This document shows positions 38,317 to 52,649 of a stretch of 64,000 nt of DNA, one piece after another. The position numbers and the translations under genes were made by a program. Under the pieces are notes generated by a model, which saw only the letters and a list, made by a program, of their open reading frames with translations, had not been told where the DNA came from and made no database searches. This stretch comes from Trichoplax adhaerens. Its lineage: Eukaryota > Animalia > Placozoa. The stretch covers positions 1,560,297 to 1,624,296 of the forward strand of contig NW_002060951.1 in assembly GCF_000150275.1 (NCBI RefSeq), in the 5' to 3' direction. Within the stretch, counting starts at the first letter, position 1; the number at the start of each line of letters is the position of its first letter.

Positions 38317-40666
38317 CTATAGTTCATGTTGATACTTGAAAACCGAACTAATAAATTCAGCGAAAATTTTATCAGAATAAGTTGGACCGAATGGAAATAG
38401 TCCTTCCATAAACCCAATATGACCACCATACTTAGTTACTACTAATGCTAGAGGAGTTTCTGCGTTGCATTTATTAACAGGAATCGCTATAAGAAAATGC
38501 ATTTATGGAAAATTAACTTTTAGTTTAGGGAAAAACATCGAGATCGTGAAAGAATTGATCAGATATAACTGGGATTATATCATAATATTTTTATATACCA
38601 TCATGAGGCGAAAAAGGATCGTCCTTTGAATTAATGCATAAAACTGGTATCGTAAGATTGGATAATTTTTTACTAGGGGATCCAGCCATATGATATTCCT
38701 CCATGTCAGAGAATCCAAAGACTGGTAGCTTATAATGCTGGTCAATTTCCCTCATTGAGTTCGCCTACATAAATCATGTTAAAATATTAATAGTTAGCTT
38801 TCATTATTTAAATTTTTGCTATCTAGTATCATATTAGATAGAGAATCGTTACAGCAGTGCAATAGTTTATTTGTTCTACCCTATAGACTTCGTCTAAGTT
38901 AAATGAATGTTGTTCTCTTATAGATAGCAGAAAGTCTTCATTTCTGATTGTATATAAAAATAATTAGTTAAAATTCTGAAATTTATCTAGAAAGACCATT
39001 AAAATACGACATAAGCTACATGATTCATAAATAAGTATCGTAAATTAGGCTGCAAATGCAATACTAGGACTTACTTTTTAAACATTTTCTGCAACCTACG
39101 TGTACAATGGCGGTTGTATAATATTTGATTGACCGGCTGTTCTAAAGAATCCATCGATTTAGCAATGTCCCAACCTGCTGAAGATACATATGCTGCTACA
39201 ATGGGTTTGGATGCTTGATCTTTAGCTAGGTAATTTAGTAGGATAATCCTAAATATCGTGCAGATTAGATTAAGTATGTTAGCGTAAATCTGTCATCAAG
39301 TACCAGTATTTACAAATAAACAGATAATTCGGTTTCATTGTATCGAATTGATCAGCATAAATGGAATCTACTACAGATTTAATGATTAGTTAATAATATG
39401 ATGATTATAATTATAATTTTTATTGATTAATTAATGATCATTTACCCTCCTAATGAAACACCAGCAGCTATTAGCGGGGCATTTGAGCACCTCAATTTAA
39501 CATGGTTAACAACTAATTCGACATCTTTTGAAAAAGGAGGACAAAATGTACGCGGAGTCTAATGTTGTAATATTGAGGGTATAATTAAATAGTTTGCTTA
39601 AATAATTATCACAAGATCAAGAACAAGTTCTAGAAAGAACTGTAAGTGAATTCATTTCATTGCACATGAGGTTTAATGATACTGCAAATAAATTTTATAA
39701 GATAATGTGCTACTAATATCAATTTAGAGAACGTTTAATTGTTCTCTGTACTTAAAAATAATTGAAGGTTATTCTATAGGATTATCGATAATTTTGCAGT
39801 ACATGTAATCTTTATTTTATGATCAAGTAACTTATAACCGAAAAGTTGAATTAATGCAATACGGTACGTTGCGCCTGCCAATATTTTATTAGTACCTGTA
39901 ACTGTGCTCCACCAAGACCGCGATTGTTAAATACTACCGCCCTGTAAGATTAGATTGAGAACTATGTTTAAAAAACCAGATGATTATGAGTCATTGTAAT
40001 GCTTGTGTTATTAAACGTATTATAATAATAATGAATAGACCAATGTGGGCGAAATAGCTACTATATTGATTACGAAATATGGAAGATAACTAATCCTTCT
40101 GTAAAGCTACACAAGTATTAGCATGCCATCACTTCATACTATATTATAATTATATGTTGCTATCAGGGCAGATTAATTGCAGGCGTAGCCGAGCGAAAGA
40201 GTTAAAAATATTTTTGCTATGCATTTCTAACCTGTAGCCTTGCAAGTTTGTCAGATGTACCAGTTGTTTGATGTAATTAACGTGGCTATCACCTATAGTC
40301 GAGTGATTATAGCTTAAACTTTCAAAGTCAAAATGAATTTAGACGATACAGTATAATCGCTAAATACCGCTTAAAGTGTTCTATAAACAATCGATTTTTA
40401 TATGAGAATCATTATGACTAATAATTTTTACTTGATAAAAGATTAGTAATGAGGTGTTATACAGTGTTATAATAATAATTTATGACTTAAACAGATATAG
40501 CTGACAGGAAGAAATCGTAAGGAACTTCCTATCTAATCAATAACTACCTGTAAGACCAGGGAGAATCAAAACGGTTGGTTTATCTTTAGTTGTGTATTCT
40601 TCATTATTTGGGTCTTCTGACCAATCTAAATAGATTAGGCCACCATCATCCGTTATGAACTCCTCT
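38317..40666 (-). CDS. ABHD3: ABHD1/ABHD3-like alpha/beta hydrolase, copy C (exons 2-9; 5' exon unresolved)
   Basis: Eight intact in-phase exons: EEFITDDGGLIYLDW..LPGLTG / DSHVNY..GYR / AVVFNNRG / TPRTFC..GVSLGG / ... / DDPF / YGGHIGF. No exon equivalent to the paralogues' exon 1 was found. Confidence 0.82.
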
Positions 40667-43600
40667 CTTTAAATTGAGAATACGATATATTTAGGTGATT
40701 GCTATGGCTCGTATAGAATAAAGTACGTTAGTGGACTGTGGATGATGACGAGAAGGTGAAGTACGGTATTGGCTCTTATACCAATTACTAAAATTTGTTC
40801 GTATTGCCAATACTTTAGATATCTAATATTTTCAACTTCATTCTAGATAATTTATATTGTCAGAAAAAGAGGCAAAGAGTGCTACACTTACCGGTCCTTA
40901 TTCTAATTATTTTTATTACATTGACGCTCACGAATTACTTACTAGATACTCGTAGTTAAAATCAAAAATCTTCTGCTTAAACAATATTTTCAGCCCGATA
41001 AACACGACTGGCATAGTGTAGTCTAGACCGCTTAAAACATAAGTCTGATTCTGTGTTGACACTTACTCGAAATGGCGGAACAATACCGTACAGCTGGGAA
41101 GTATCCCCCATTTATTCCTACCATTTTTTTACCTTAACATAGGTAATTACGTACATATGGTTTTAAGAATGTATACTAAAAGCCAAACTTGAGTAACGTA
41201 ACCATTGTTGTAAAACTGATTAAGCTAATGTTTAGGAAATGAATTAAGCAATTCCAAAAATTTTTGCTATATCATTTAGGGATGAGTCTAACCTTAAGTG
41301 TTGAACATATCCTAATATTCTAAGCTGTCGGTCGATTTGTATTAAATAATGATGATAGTTTGGTAGTTACTACGGTTAATATACCCACCAATGTAAATTA
41401 CTGTACCGATATGGATTGATTTCCTAGCAAATACTTGTAATAATTTAATTGCATGATAATTAGTGCTTTAGAATTGTGATCAAGTATTATCATCAAGGTT
41501 TTCGGAATGATGTCTATGTCAGTGGCTTTCAGCATGCAACCACTATTTGAAACTGTAGTGGCTAAATTGTGGAGGAAGGCTATTTTAATATATCATATCG
41601 GAAATGATATAGAAATGAATAGCTAACTATTTCTAATAATACAATAATTTAAGGCATCTAATCGTGCAGATCCTCAAGCATAAGGCCAATATCAGATTTG
41701 AATTGCTAGATGGACAGTTGGTATTATTTTGCTAAAGACACGCTTAGTTGATCTTGTAATAGTAGTTAATAGGTATCAGTACGTTCAAGCGCTTTATCCA
41801 GTATCAGAATATGTTTATAATAATTATATATATCTAATGTATGTTAAAGTTCGCTACTAGATTATGCTATAAAGTTCCGTTGATGAGGGGTATCATGCAG
41901 ATGGGAATATTACAGGCTTCTAGGTATAACTAATATAAGAAGTTGTGATAATATAGCGACAGAGTGATGTTTACAGCGTACTACTGCGTAATAATAAAGT
42001 ACAAGGTACGGTACTGGTATAGGGTAGAAAATGAGTTCTATTATAGCGTTTTGTATACGGACGGATATTGTAGGATATTATAAATCACAAAATAGCCGTA
42101 TCATTGCATGATCACAGGGCTACTTATTTTAAGTAAATGATTAAAATCGTTTCACCTCACCATTTATGCTACTTGAAGCAGTAATATCGTAGATTTTGAA
42201 CTTCAGTACTTAGAAAACGCATTGCAAAGCCATTCTTTACTATATACTATTTTAATCAATCACGAATAAATATTTCATACTGTGATATATACCAATCACG
42301 AAATTCCAAATTTTAGAAAAATAAGGGCTTTATTGAATCTTATACAAAGATTAACTACACAGCTCTACTCTAGCCGAATACTACTTCTAAAGACTTCTAG
42401 AACGAACTAACAGAATAATCTAAAGTTGCATGCTTTTATACTTTCCGTAGCATTCGCAGCTACAATCCGCATGGCAACCTTTTACCTTATTTTACACATA
42501 GTTAAATTATTCTTAGTAAGACTATTCTACTGCGGAGCATCATTAATCCAATATGGATACGACTACAGTACTTACGTAGACATTATTCACACCAGCCAAA
42601 GTACAATGAGTTAACCATATCCTAATATATGATTTACAGTTCTATTTTTACCTATAGCCATATTAGTAACTCAACAGCTTACTGTATATAGCCATCTGTA
42701 CTCTAGCATAGAGTCTCTACCACTACAGTCTATAGTTACAGCTACCAAATATCTCTTAGGATAAATATCTACCGTACATTATACTACACATGGCTAACAG
42801 TCTACAATCACAATACTAAGTTACATTACACATACCCTGTAGATAATTTACGAGTACTACAAAATTGTCTTATTATGCTGCTTAAATCACCTAGCAACAT
42901 CATACAACTTTTTATTGCAAAATTTGTTTCCATCATCTCGCAGTAAATATCTATCAATTTAATACAAGTTTTATGCTTTACTCTGATTAATATGTACCCT
43001 TTCTTGACAACTAGAAATCACCACATTCCCATAGTTTGTGTGCCTAAATTAACAGAAAGATCTAGACTACTTTCGCTCAAATACTTCGGTTCATGATAAT
43101 TAATTATTAATAAACGTAGACAATAATTACTTTCACATTTGCAATCGATCAGACATCTAAAGGTAGTAAAAGTATAAATACTCGTGTTAGATATATACGC
43201 TTTTAAATCTTAGTGCACGATGCAAATACACAGGCTCCTATGTGACCATTACCAAAAAATAAAGTATGTCCAAAGCAACAAGTAAATTTCTACAAAAATC
43301 CAGGATACTGTACGAAAGCTATCTTTATCTTATATAGATATTGTCACGAAGTGACTTTCACTAACTAATGTTTATCTTACTTTTATCAGGTAACATACTT
43401 TAGCATTTGTTCGAAAATACTGTTATTTGTGACGCTATATACATACTTTTACAGATAAATGTATAGTTTTGTGATAATATCTATGTACTGATAATTCATT
43501 TTTACGTAAATTGACTGGTCTTTTTCAATAAAGTTCGGGTTTAGTTTTATCTAAGAGAGACTAATAGTGTTACTATTCCTCCTGACGATAGGAGATCGTT

Positions 43601-44606
43601 AGTATTTAGAGTCGTACTTTAGGTAGATATCCGAGAGAACAATCTGGCAGTAGACTAGTAGCTGTAGTTATTATGTAATAATTCAAGTTTCACACGTTAC
43701 AAGTTTCGACTAGTAACAATTCATATATATACAAAAAATTTCGACTACATTAGTGAAAGCTCCACAATCTTATATAATTACGATGCTTAAAAATTAAATG
43801 GAATTTTTTGACAATCGGCATAGAAATGAAATAAATTCCAGACTTTATAAGAAAATTTTTAATTTGTGAAAAATCTAGGAAATAATTTATCATCAAGTTG
43901 AAAATAAGATTTTGCAACTGCGTTCCCCGTTCCACAAATCAATCATCGGTATGGTCATCTGAAATTTCAGCTAAGCTGAAATGATAAATTTTATGTATTA
44001 ATACGTATAATACATATAATAATCGATATGCCTATAATATTTGAAATTAATGTTCTTTTAATAACGTATCTTCTTAAAAATGAAACAATAAACACAGTTT
44101 CTTTTTTATTTCACTTATTACATAACTTATGCTCGTCTAACTACTAAGGACTATCTCTAGAAAATCTCTTAACTATCCAAATTATTATAGCAATATTCAC
44201 GATTTATGTACAATTAGTAACAGAATGATTTTCCTTCAAATACAATCGTATCTTACCAATGAAGTCACAAAATCATATGTAAATTTACTATTGCACTATC
44301 AATTCGTAACTCTTGCTCCTAATTAAAGCGTCACAATATTAATCTTACAATACCATTTATACCTCAGCATCTTAATATAAATATCTGGTTAGTCTTGCTA
44401 CAATAGGTGCTGTAATCAACTTTTACAAATAGACACCTATACAATCTTACAATTACACATACAATTTATCTATTTTTGTATAATCTAACAATCTTAGTCT
44501 TACATATACTTGGGGCTATATCACAGTTCCTTATTGCTTGAAGCAATTGATTTTATGTCTTTCTATTATCAGAAGTCTCTTTTTGAGTCCCGTCACACTC
44601 TAATAC

Positions 44607-47600
44607 TCATTTATTTATTTTTACAATATCTTTCGCGATTTTTAGCTCCATCGAGCTGCTTTCATCATCATCTTTAAGATATGCAGGGTTTTCCTCTATT
44701 TCTTCAATGCTAGGCAACTTTTCGTATGTCCCAGAATCATCTATTACTTTAGTTCTACAAAGAAGATATAGTATTTTATGTACAAGTATTTCGGAACCCT
44801 CATTTGTATATTTTTAATATTGAATAAGAACTTAATGTTCATTCATATAATAAATTAGATAATACTTACGAATTTACTGATTGCCATTTCTTTTCAAATA
44901 TAATGTAAACAGTAAAAATCAAGAGCTGAGGAAGGAAACAAAACGATATAGTATTAGTTTTTGGATATCGCAATGCGGCTTATTGCATTTAGTTAAAGGT
45001 AGATTACACTTCTTACCAACAAGAGAGTGACAAAACCAAATATCTAATACGAGAATAAAAAACAACACATTTTGTAAGTATAACATTTGCTCGATATTTA
45101 AGCTAATAACGCCGAATTTATATAGTGAAATTATTTTAGAATTGAAATATCATAGTAGAAAGAAATAGGTAAATTATACTTATATAAAGTTTTAAGCATT
45201 TAGCTTAGTCATTATGTATTTTTCATGTAATAGATAAGAAAGTATTGAGATATATAGGTCCTGTATATTTTCATCAGATACATATTAATAATATAACTAA
45301 AATTTAGCGTGCAGTACCAGAATGTTAATTAGAATATAACAAGCGATAGTACCTATATTCAATAATTTTACTGTAACGATACTTTCAAGTTTCATCGAAA
45401 ACATGCAGTATTGTAATGTGGGATTTTACTAAATATATAGCGGTATATGATGAATCGGATGATATATACTGTATCTAAATGAACGATTCACTTACCGAAG
45501 CTGTCCATGAATAACCTATCGTTGGAATAGAAGTTAAAGTAGATCCGACACTTGGGCCACAGATCATTCTGAAATAGAGTAGATTGATTAGTAATTTTTA
45601 TCGCAGATCTTCCTAAACTTCTACGGTTGAAGTAAACAATTGTATGTTAATCGCCCACCCTAATGAGCGTGAGATCTGAAGTAATCCAGATACCGAGGAA
45701 TATACACCAAGGTCATCTCCGATATCGGTTTTACTATTATTTAAGGGAATATTAATAAATCTGTTAGAAACATATTTTAAAATTTATTGTATTTAAATCT
45801 ATTTTATTTTCTGATTGATATAGCTTATGAATTGCAGTTACTAGCACAATTTTTACTTGCACTTAAAGAAATTTGTCGTTTACACTATAGCTAAAGAGAA
45901 TTGTTAAAATAAATCTTTTGAATGCTACTTTGAATTTTGAGCTAATATTATTCTTTAAAAGAAACAATGATTGATGATATTGTGAGGGTTTTATGTGATT
46001 AAGTAGCTAACCTCGCGTATTGCACCACCTCAGCACTGACTGGCATCATTACTGCACCAAGGCTGACACCAATTATGGAAGTACCAACTATAAAATGCCA
46101 CAATTTGCTATGTGGAAGATTGTTATGTGAATTAGATGTGTAATAAATGAATATACAGTAGACAATCGATCATATTGCGGAATTAGCAAATGAATATTAC
46201 GTATATTTTAGAAATTATCATATCTAATATTTGTAATCTAGTGAAATGACGAAATTAGCAAATATGACAACTCTTACGGTTGAATGTGCCAGTATGGAAA
46301 AGATGCATTAAGCTGTAGCCCTACTACAGCTAGGAATAATCCAGATATAATAAATTTTCGATAGCCCTAGCAATAAACTAAAATTGTTACAATTCTAAAT
46401 GTCTGTTGTGTCTAAATATACTAAAATTTTGTTATTTTTATGCACTGATATTTACTCATATCGAGCGGTATATGATTTAAATGATAATATAAGAACCACT
46501 GTAAATGGTACGTTTTTATAATTCTATAATTAATGGAAGATATTGCAATGTGAGCTTACAAAATATTCAGCAGCGAAGCCAACAATCATGCCAGTTATTG
46601 CGTAGAAAACCGCTATTAGCAACAATATTGTCGCTGATTTCACGATACCCACATGAAACTATACAAAGAAGTTAACGGTATAATTAATCATTAATATTTA
46701 TCAGCTTATAATGCATGTTAATTATGCATTATTTCTATTAAGAATCGCCTTAATTGAGGATTCGAGGTTCAGAACATAAAATTAATATCATTTATCATAG
46801 TTATATATAATTTATATCTACAGAATATGTTATCCTTTTAGTATTAAAGAACGGATAGTATAAGATGACGAGTGAAGATTATATAACTCGTAATTTAAAA
46901 GAGATAACTCCAAGCTTACGATTTTCAAATACACAGAATAGTTAGTTTCCAAAAAAGATTGAGTTGATACGGAAATAAATACTCCTAAACCTATCGTATA
47001 TTAATAGAAGTTAAATTTAGATATAACTATGCATTGGCTAAAAGAAAATATTATCTGCTCTACTCATATACCTTTAATTCGTGTTTTATATAATTCAATC
47101 ATTTCATAGCTTACATAATAAGATAATATAAGGACTTTTAGCTAACTTAATCATTGACTTCCACGGCGCTGCACGCTTATCTTTTAGAAATAAATTGCAA
47201 ATTTAATTGATTTTAGCATTGAAATCATACATAAAGTAATAATCTATACTATCAATTAATTCTACTGATACTTAATTAGGAGTTGTTCTTGAACTCACCA
47301 CCAACATTTGGTAGAACACAAGTGGCTAAAGATGCAGCTACAATTGTAATACCGCCTATAACATTATACGGTAAAGGGTATCCGCCAGCCTAGTGTTTTA
47401 AATGCAAGTAATCGAATTATTCAAGTTAGTCTTAAAAAATTATAACATCGCACAAGCCAACACAATTAGCTTTAAGTTAGAAGATTCGTTTTTTGTATTG
47501 GTATAAGTTCTTAGTAGAGAAACAAACATGATATAAGCCAGCTCCTATAAGAGGTCCAATAGCGTATCCAATTCCTGCGAAAGTTTCTAGGAAGCCCTAT

Positions 47601-49194
47601 ATTTCATGAAATCAGTATAATATGTTAACTAGAACATTTCTGTTTCGCAATTTGAATGAAAATTGCAATGAATGTTTTATTTCATTTTAATTATTTTAAT
47701 CTGTGTATATTTTATTTCGTACAAATAGCGCTATATATTTATTATACTAAATTTTCTTAATGTCTTGAAATTGAAAATGTTAATCGATGCTGATAGCTAT
47801 AATATATATATATATATATGAAACGATTGTAGGAAGATAAGGATCTATAACTACTGAGAATAAGGCAAACCTTAGCAGACGCAATATTGTCACGATAAAT
47901 GACCATCACTGTCGACTCAACAACGACATCTTGCATGGATGCTCCGGTACCTTGAAAGAATTGAAGAATTATTGCCAAGACTAAGAATGTTATTCTGTCG
48001 TAGATGTAGCATAAAGCTCTAAAGAATAAAAATTTCAAATCATATTTAATTTTATTTGATTTAGTAATTGCTATAAAATAGTCTATAATCAATTAAATGA
48101 ATATAAAGATTAGTAATTTATTAATTTGAAGTAATAAAAATTACCCAAGAAGAATAACACAACCGCCTTCTAAGGTCATTCCAGCCCAAAACATGTGTTT
48201 TGCTCCAGTAGATGGTAACTATAAAATATGATGTTTGTATTAAAAATAAGAACTTCTAAAGTTCGAAAGTTTACTAGGTAAGTGTTGTACATTAGACGAT
48301 TTTTAATTTTATCTTTACTAGTATTTAGACTAATTATTTTTATACTTTTTAATAAATCAGACAATATCGACATGTGCTGAAGTTATTAGTGCGATTAAAG
48401 TTTAACGTGCTTGTAAATTTAATTAGATAGCAAAAAGATGTAATAATAAGATTCTGAGGGTTGAAAGCTTAATTATACATTATGCTTGATGTTTTTAATT
48501 TGCGGTCGTTACAGATCAAATTTACAATTTATATGCTTACCAAAATAGACCAGAAGGATGAAGTGATAAACCCAGCAAAAGGAGACATTGCTAGAACGAT
48601 ACCAACTTCAAATATTCTTAAACCATGTTTAATCGCCTAAATGGCAAAGGAATAAAAGTTAAAAGCTAGGATCTACGGTAACTGAAAAATGAATTGATTT
48701 CAACCATCGGACCCAAAATGTGAAAAGTACGTTGGAGTAATCACAGTTTGTGTGATAGTATTTATGTGATTATTTCCGTAGAGAATGATGCAATGACAAG
48801 ATATTTACGTGATTATTTCCATAGAGAATGATGTAATGACAAGATACCGATACTTGTATAGCATTATTCAGGTAATTTTGATACTTCCACAAATAAATAC
48901 TCTAGTCCAGTAGCGTTAGATTGGAAAATTTTTATCGTCAAACTAGATTATTTAGAGATGTAGCACTCTCTGAGATCATAATTTAGAAAGCGTGACTGTA
49001 CTTTATTCCGTTACTACAATGATTTATAATTGATTAAGTTAACTTACAACACGAGGAAAAAATGACACCGAAAAGCTATAGGTCATGCCCCAGAGGATAT
49101 GAATAACGCAAAGCGTGATCATTATCATGGTCTTTCTCCGCGTTGACTTCATTTTATTATTCGTCATTTCGCTTTCTTTCATAATGGTAGACAT
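44607..49194 (-). CDS. SLC18B1: SLC18B1-like MFS transporter, copy 2
   Basis: Sixteen GT-AG exons translated in phase from ATG at 49194 (MSTIMKES...SFFPRV) through GFLETFAGIGYAIGPLIGAGLY (motif C) and GDDLGVYSSVSGL to TGA at 44607-44609. Confidence 0.87.
48760..48845. repeat. Tandem duplication, 2 x 43 bp, intronic
   Basis: ATTTATGTGATTATTTCCGTAGAGAATGATGCAATGACAAGAT is followed directly by a copy with three transitions. Confidence 0.9.
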
Positions 49195-52100
49195 ATATTA
49201 CAATTTTTAAATCTACCATGTAGAAAGAAAAAAATCATTAAGCTTTACACCTAGCGCTGCTAATATAGTTTTAATCAACAAAAAATAACCGATGTAAAAG
49301 TGTATAGCCCGCTAAATTCTTAAACGATAATGTTATATTGCGTTTTGGTACTTTTATAAAATCGAAGACGGATTTATCTGGATATCATTTTTATATTCTT
49401 GAATACAGTCAATTATATTAATATAGCGTATAAAAAACTTTTAACTAATTGTGATAGAATCGGCAAAAGACAAAACTTTTTATAATGTACACGTATTTTT
49501 CAGCACTGTATCGATAGAATATTATGGAAATAGTTAAAAGACGCTTAATTTATTTTAAATAATTTTGTATTTTCTGATTAAATTACAAATATTTAGCCCC
49601 TTTTATCTTCTAAACTAGACTCAATTCGAACTATAGCAGTTTTTTTTTTAAAGCTGAAAAATTTAAAATGTATAGGAGATGCAAGAACAGAGTGAAATAT
49701 AATAATCTGTAAAAATTATGCTTGCAACAGATGTCCTTATTGGGTAATTGAAAGTATGTTTCGATATGAAACTGTATCAGCTAAATATGCTCTAGGATTA
49801 ATCGTAACATAAATCGCATGTAATTATCTGAAGCAACTTCATGTTTTAGTAATTGTAGTTTATGCACTGTAAATTTTACTTTATCACCTAAAGTTCATCA
49901 TATAAGAGATGTATCATGAAGTATAATATAATTTGTTTGCATTTACTCAATTCGAAGCATGGGCTTGAACTCACAAACGTTTTACTGATAGATAGCACTT
50001 TCTTGTCATAAAATCTTTCTTTTTAAATAAATATTAATCTATAAGATGAAGCGGACTTCGACTGAATACATCACAATTATAAGCTAGATCACGGCTTATA
50101 CACGTATATGCTTAAATTCATTAAAATATAAGATAATTCTAATTACCTCGATACCTGATTTTCTACGAAACATCGAGGCTTAAATTTATTAAATCGATCA
50201 TCTTGGACATGTCTACGGCATCTCCGAAATTATTGTTAACATCTTGACGACTAATTTACTGTGATTAATTAATTTATCGGATGTAAGTAAAGTCACGTTA
50301 TTACGCCAAAAATGAAGTCGGACCGTACACTCCTTACTAGCCTGTAATACAATTAAATAGTCAGTCCCTAGAGACTAAAGGGCGGCGATGAAGCATTCAT
50401 CGTAACAAACTACATATTTTTGATATTTTCTATGGAGTAACTATTTAATGGAAAAATTGCTCATTCATTTATAAATTTTCAGCCACAAAATCGTTCATAT
50501 CATCATTCTACGTGCTTACCTCTATATATAAATAACTCTAATCAAATATGATCGCAAAGCTACAAAGAATGTTACTTTTATTCTTATGTTCTTGAGTAAA
50601 TAACTCAGTCAATACGCTAATTTTACGTAGATTTTGGAGGCTAATTAACGAATTTCGTAATCTTTTCCAAGTCTAATTAAGAATCTGGTGTAAACTCAGA
50701 CTTCTAACGTGGAAAGCTACCATAAGATGTTAAGTTCTAGTAAAAGTCCAAACTTTCCATTTGGAGAAATAACCTAAGCCTACTTTTTATAGAGACTCTT
50801 TATTAAGTTAAAGAAGGTAATAGTAATTGTATTGCAAAGATCATTCTTATATAACAATGTACAATGATAATGAGGCCTTATTGAGGTTTTTCCATAATAA
50901 TAAAGAAAAGATGCTAAATATATATTAAGGATCTTCAAAACATAATTACGGTCTAGAATAATGTAATACCATGTCTTGCATCATACAGTAAACTACTACA
51001 AGAATCGATCACCGGCATGTTTGAGAGGTTTAGTCTTAAAATGTAAATTAAACTACTGTATTGATTCCACGTTTCCTAGATAATTATACATCGTAAAGTT
51101 TACATTCTTAGCTATCATAAAGCGCTAGTGAGTTTTTTTGCGGTGCACTACTGTAGGTTAATAGCTATTAGTGGTTATTTTTGTGTCTAATTACTTACAT
51201 GAAATAACAACAATTACTACTATAATAAAAGTAAGAATACTTTCAACGGTTAATATTAAGTGTTAAAATAATGATATTTGGGTAATCATTATAATTCCTG
51301 AATATTAACAGAATGCTAAAGATTCTGTATCTAATACATAATCATTATAGCACCTATATACAGATAAGTTGAGCAACTCTATTTTCAGTTAACAGAGTGT
51401 TTGAATAGTTCATTGAAGGTAATAAACTACTTGTAGTCTTATTGTTATGAGAAATACGAAAGTGATTTATTGGTGTCAAAACAGGATTGCATTCTAATCG
51501 ATCAGCATTAGTTCAAATTATAAAATTTCAAGACGTAAAGAGTACCAGAATCATTACATTAACTTCTACTTTAAACTTGAAATCACCCGTAAGAGTGTAT
51601 GCTCTAATAACTACAGTCAAAATAGAATAACGCACTATTACTTAAATTTATCTATTGTAATGTCGGATTATTTAAGTATGTTTACCACAAGATGAATTAG
51701 CTTTAAACTGCATCAATTTATAGAAAAGCGGCAATCAATTTATACTATAAGACTAAGTGGATAGCTTACGAGTGATGCTAATAAATAGGGATCAAGTTAC
51801 TTGCACTATCGTCAGCATAGCTATTTATGACTCGTAAATCTATTATACAGGTTCATGAATAATTATAATTAATGCAAAATTAAATGCTGAACTAATATGA
51901 TAGTACTATAAATATCAACGTTGAATATTTCATATATAGGTAGACGCGTATTAATCTACTTATTTATTTTTACTTTCTGTCTATTGCTAGTTCCTGGTAA
52001 ATTGTAATAAATTACATGACTTTTAAAATGGTTCAATCATAAATTATGCTACGATACAATATTTGGTACATTAAGGGGTAAAACCATTGATCTGTATGTT

Positions 52101-52649
52101 CGTAACACTTGCCGATAAGATATGTAATGTTATTAAATTACTACACAAGTGTAGCCTAAAACTTCAATGGCGAGCTGCACGCTAATCTATTACATGGTAT
52201 ACCACTACAATAGTCTTCAAAACGTCTAATATAGTTGTCTGTGCTTATGGAATTGGATATTATGAAAAATTTTCTACTGTAAGTTATTTATAGTTCAACG
52301 ATCCATATTTCATGCAAAGGAATTTTATAAACTATAGTGTTCGTGGTAATCTTACAGTGCTTCGATTTTATATCTATCCTGGATTTATATTGTAGTCAAA
52401 AGGGTATCAAAATAAATTGTCGGGTTTTTGATTAAATACTAAATTTATTTGATAAATCTAATAGCAATTAGTTACTGCTGTTATTAAATTAAATTAAAAT
52501 ATCATGATTTGATAAAATATATTAATTCAACTTTGTAGTATTCTTAAACTTCAGCAGTTATTGCTGAAACGATCAATGCACCACGTTAACATTCGATGTA
52601 TTGATGGAATTTAAAAATAGCGGTTTCATATTGTCTATGTCAATAATTT

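Noticed and set aside
44607-44609. TGA as selenocysteine
   Set aside because: It aligns with Gln in a non-catalytic tail, and no convincing SECIS could be identified by eye.
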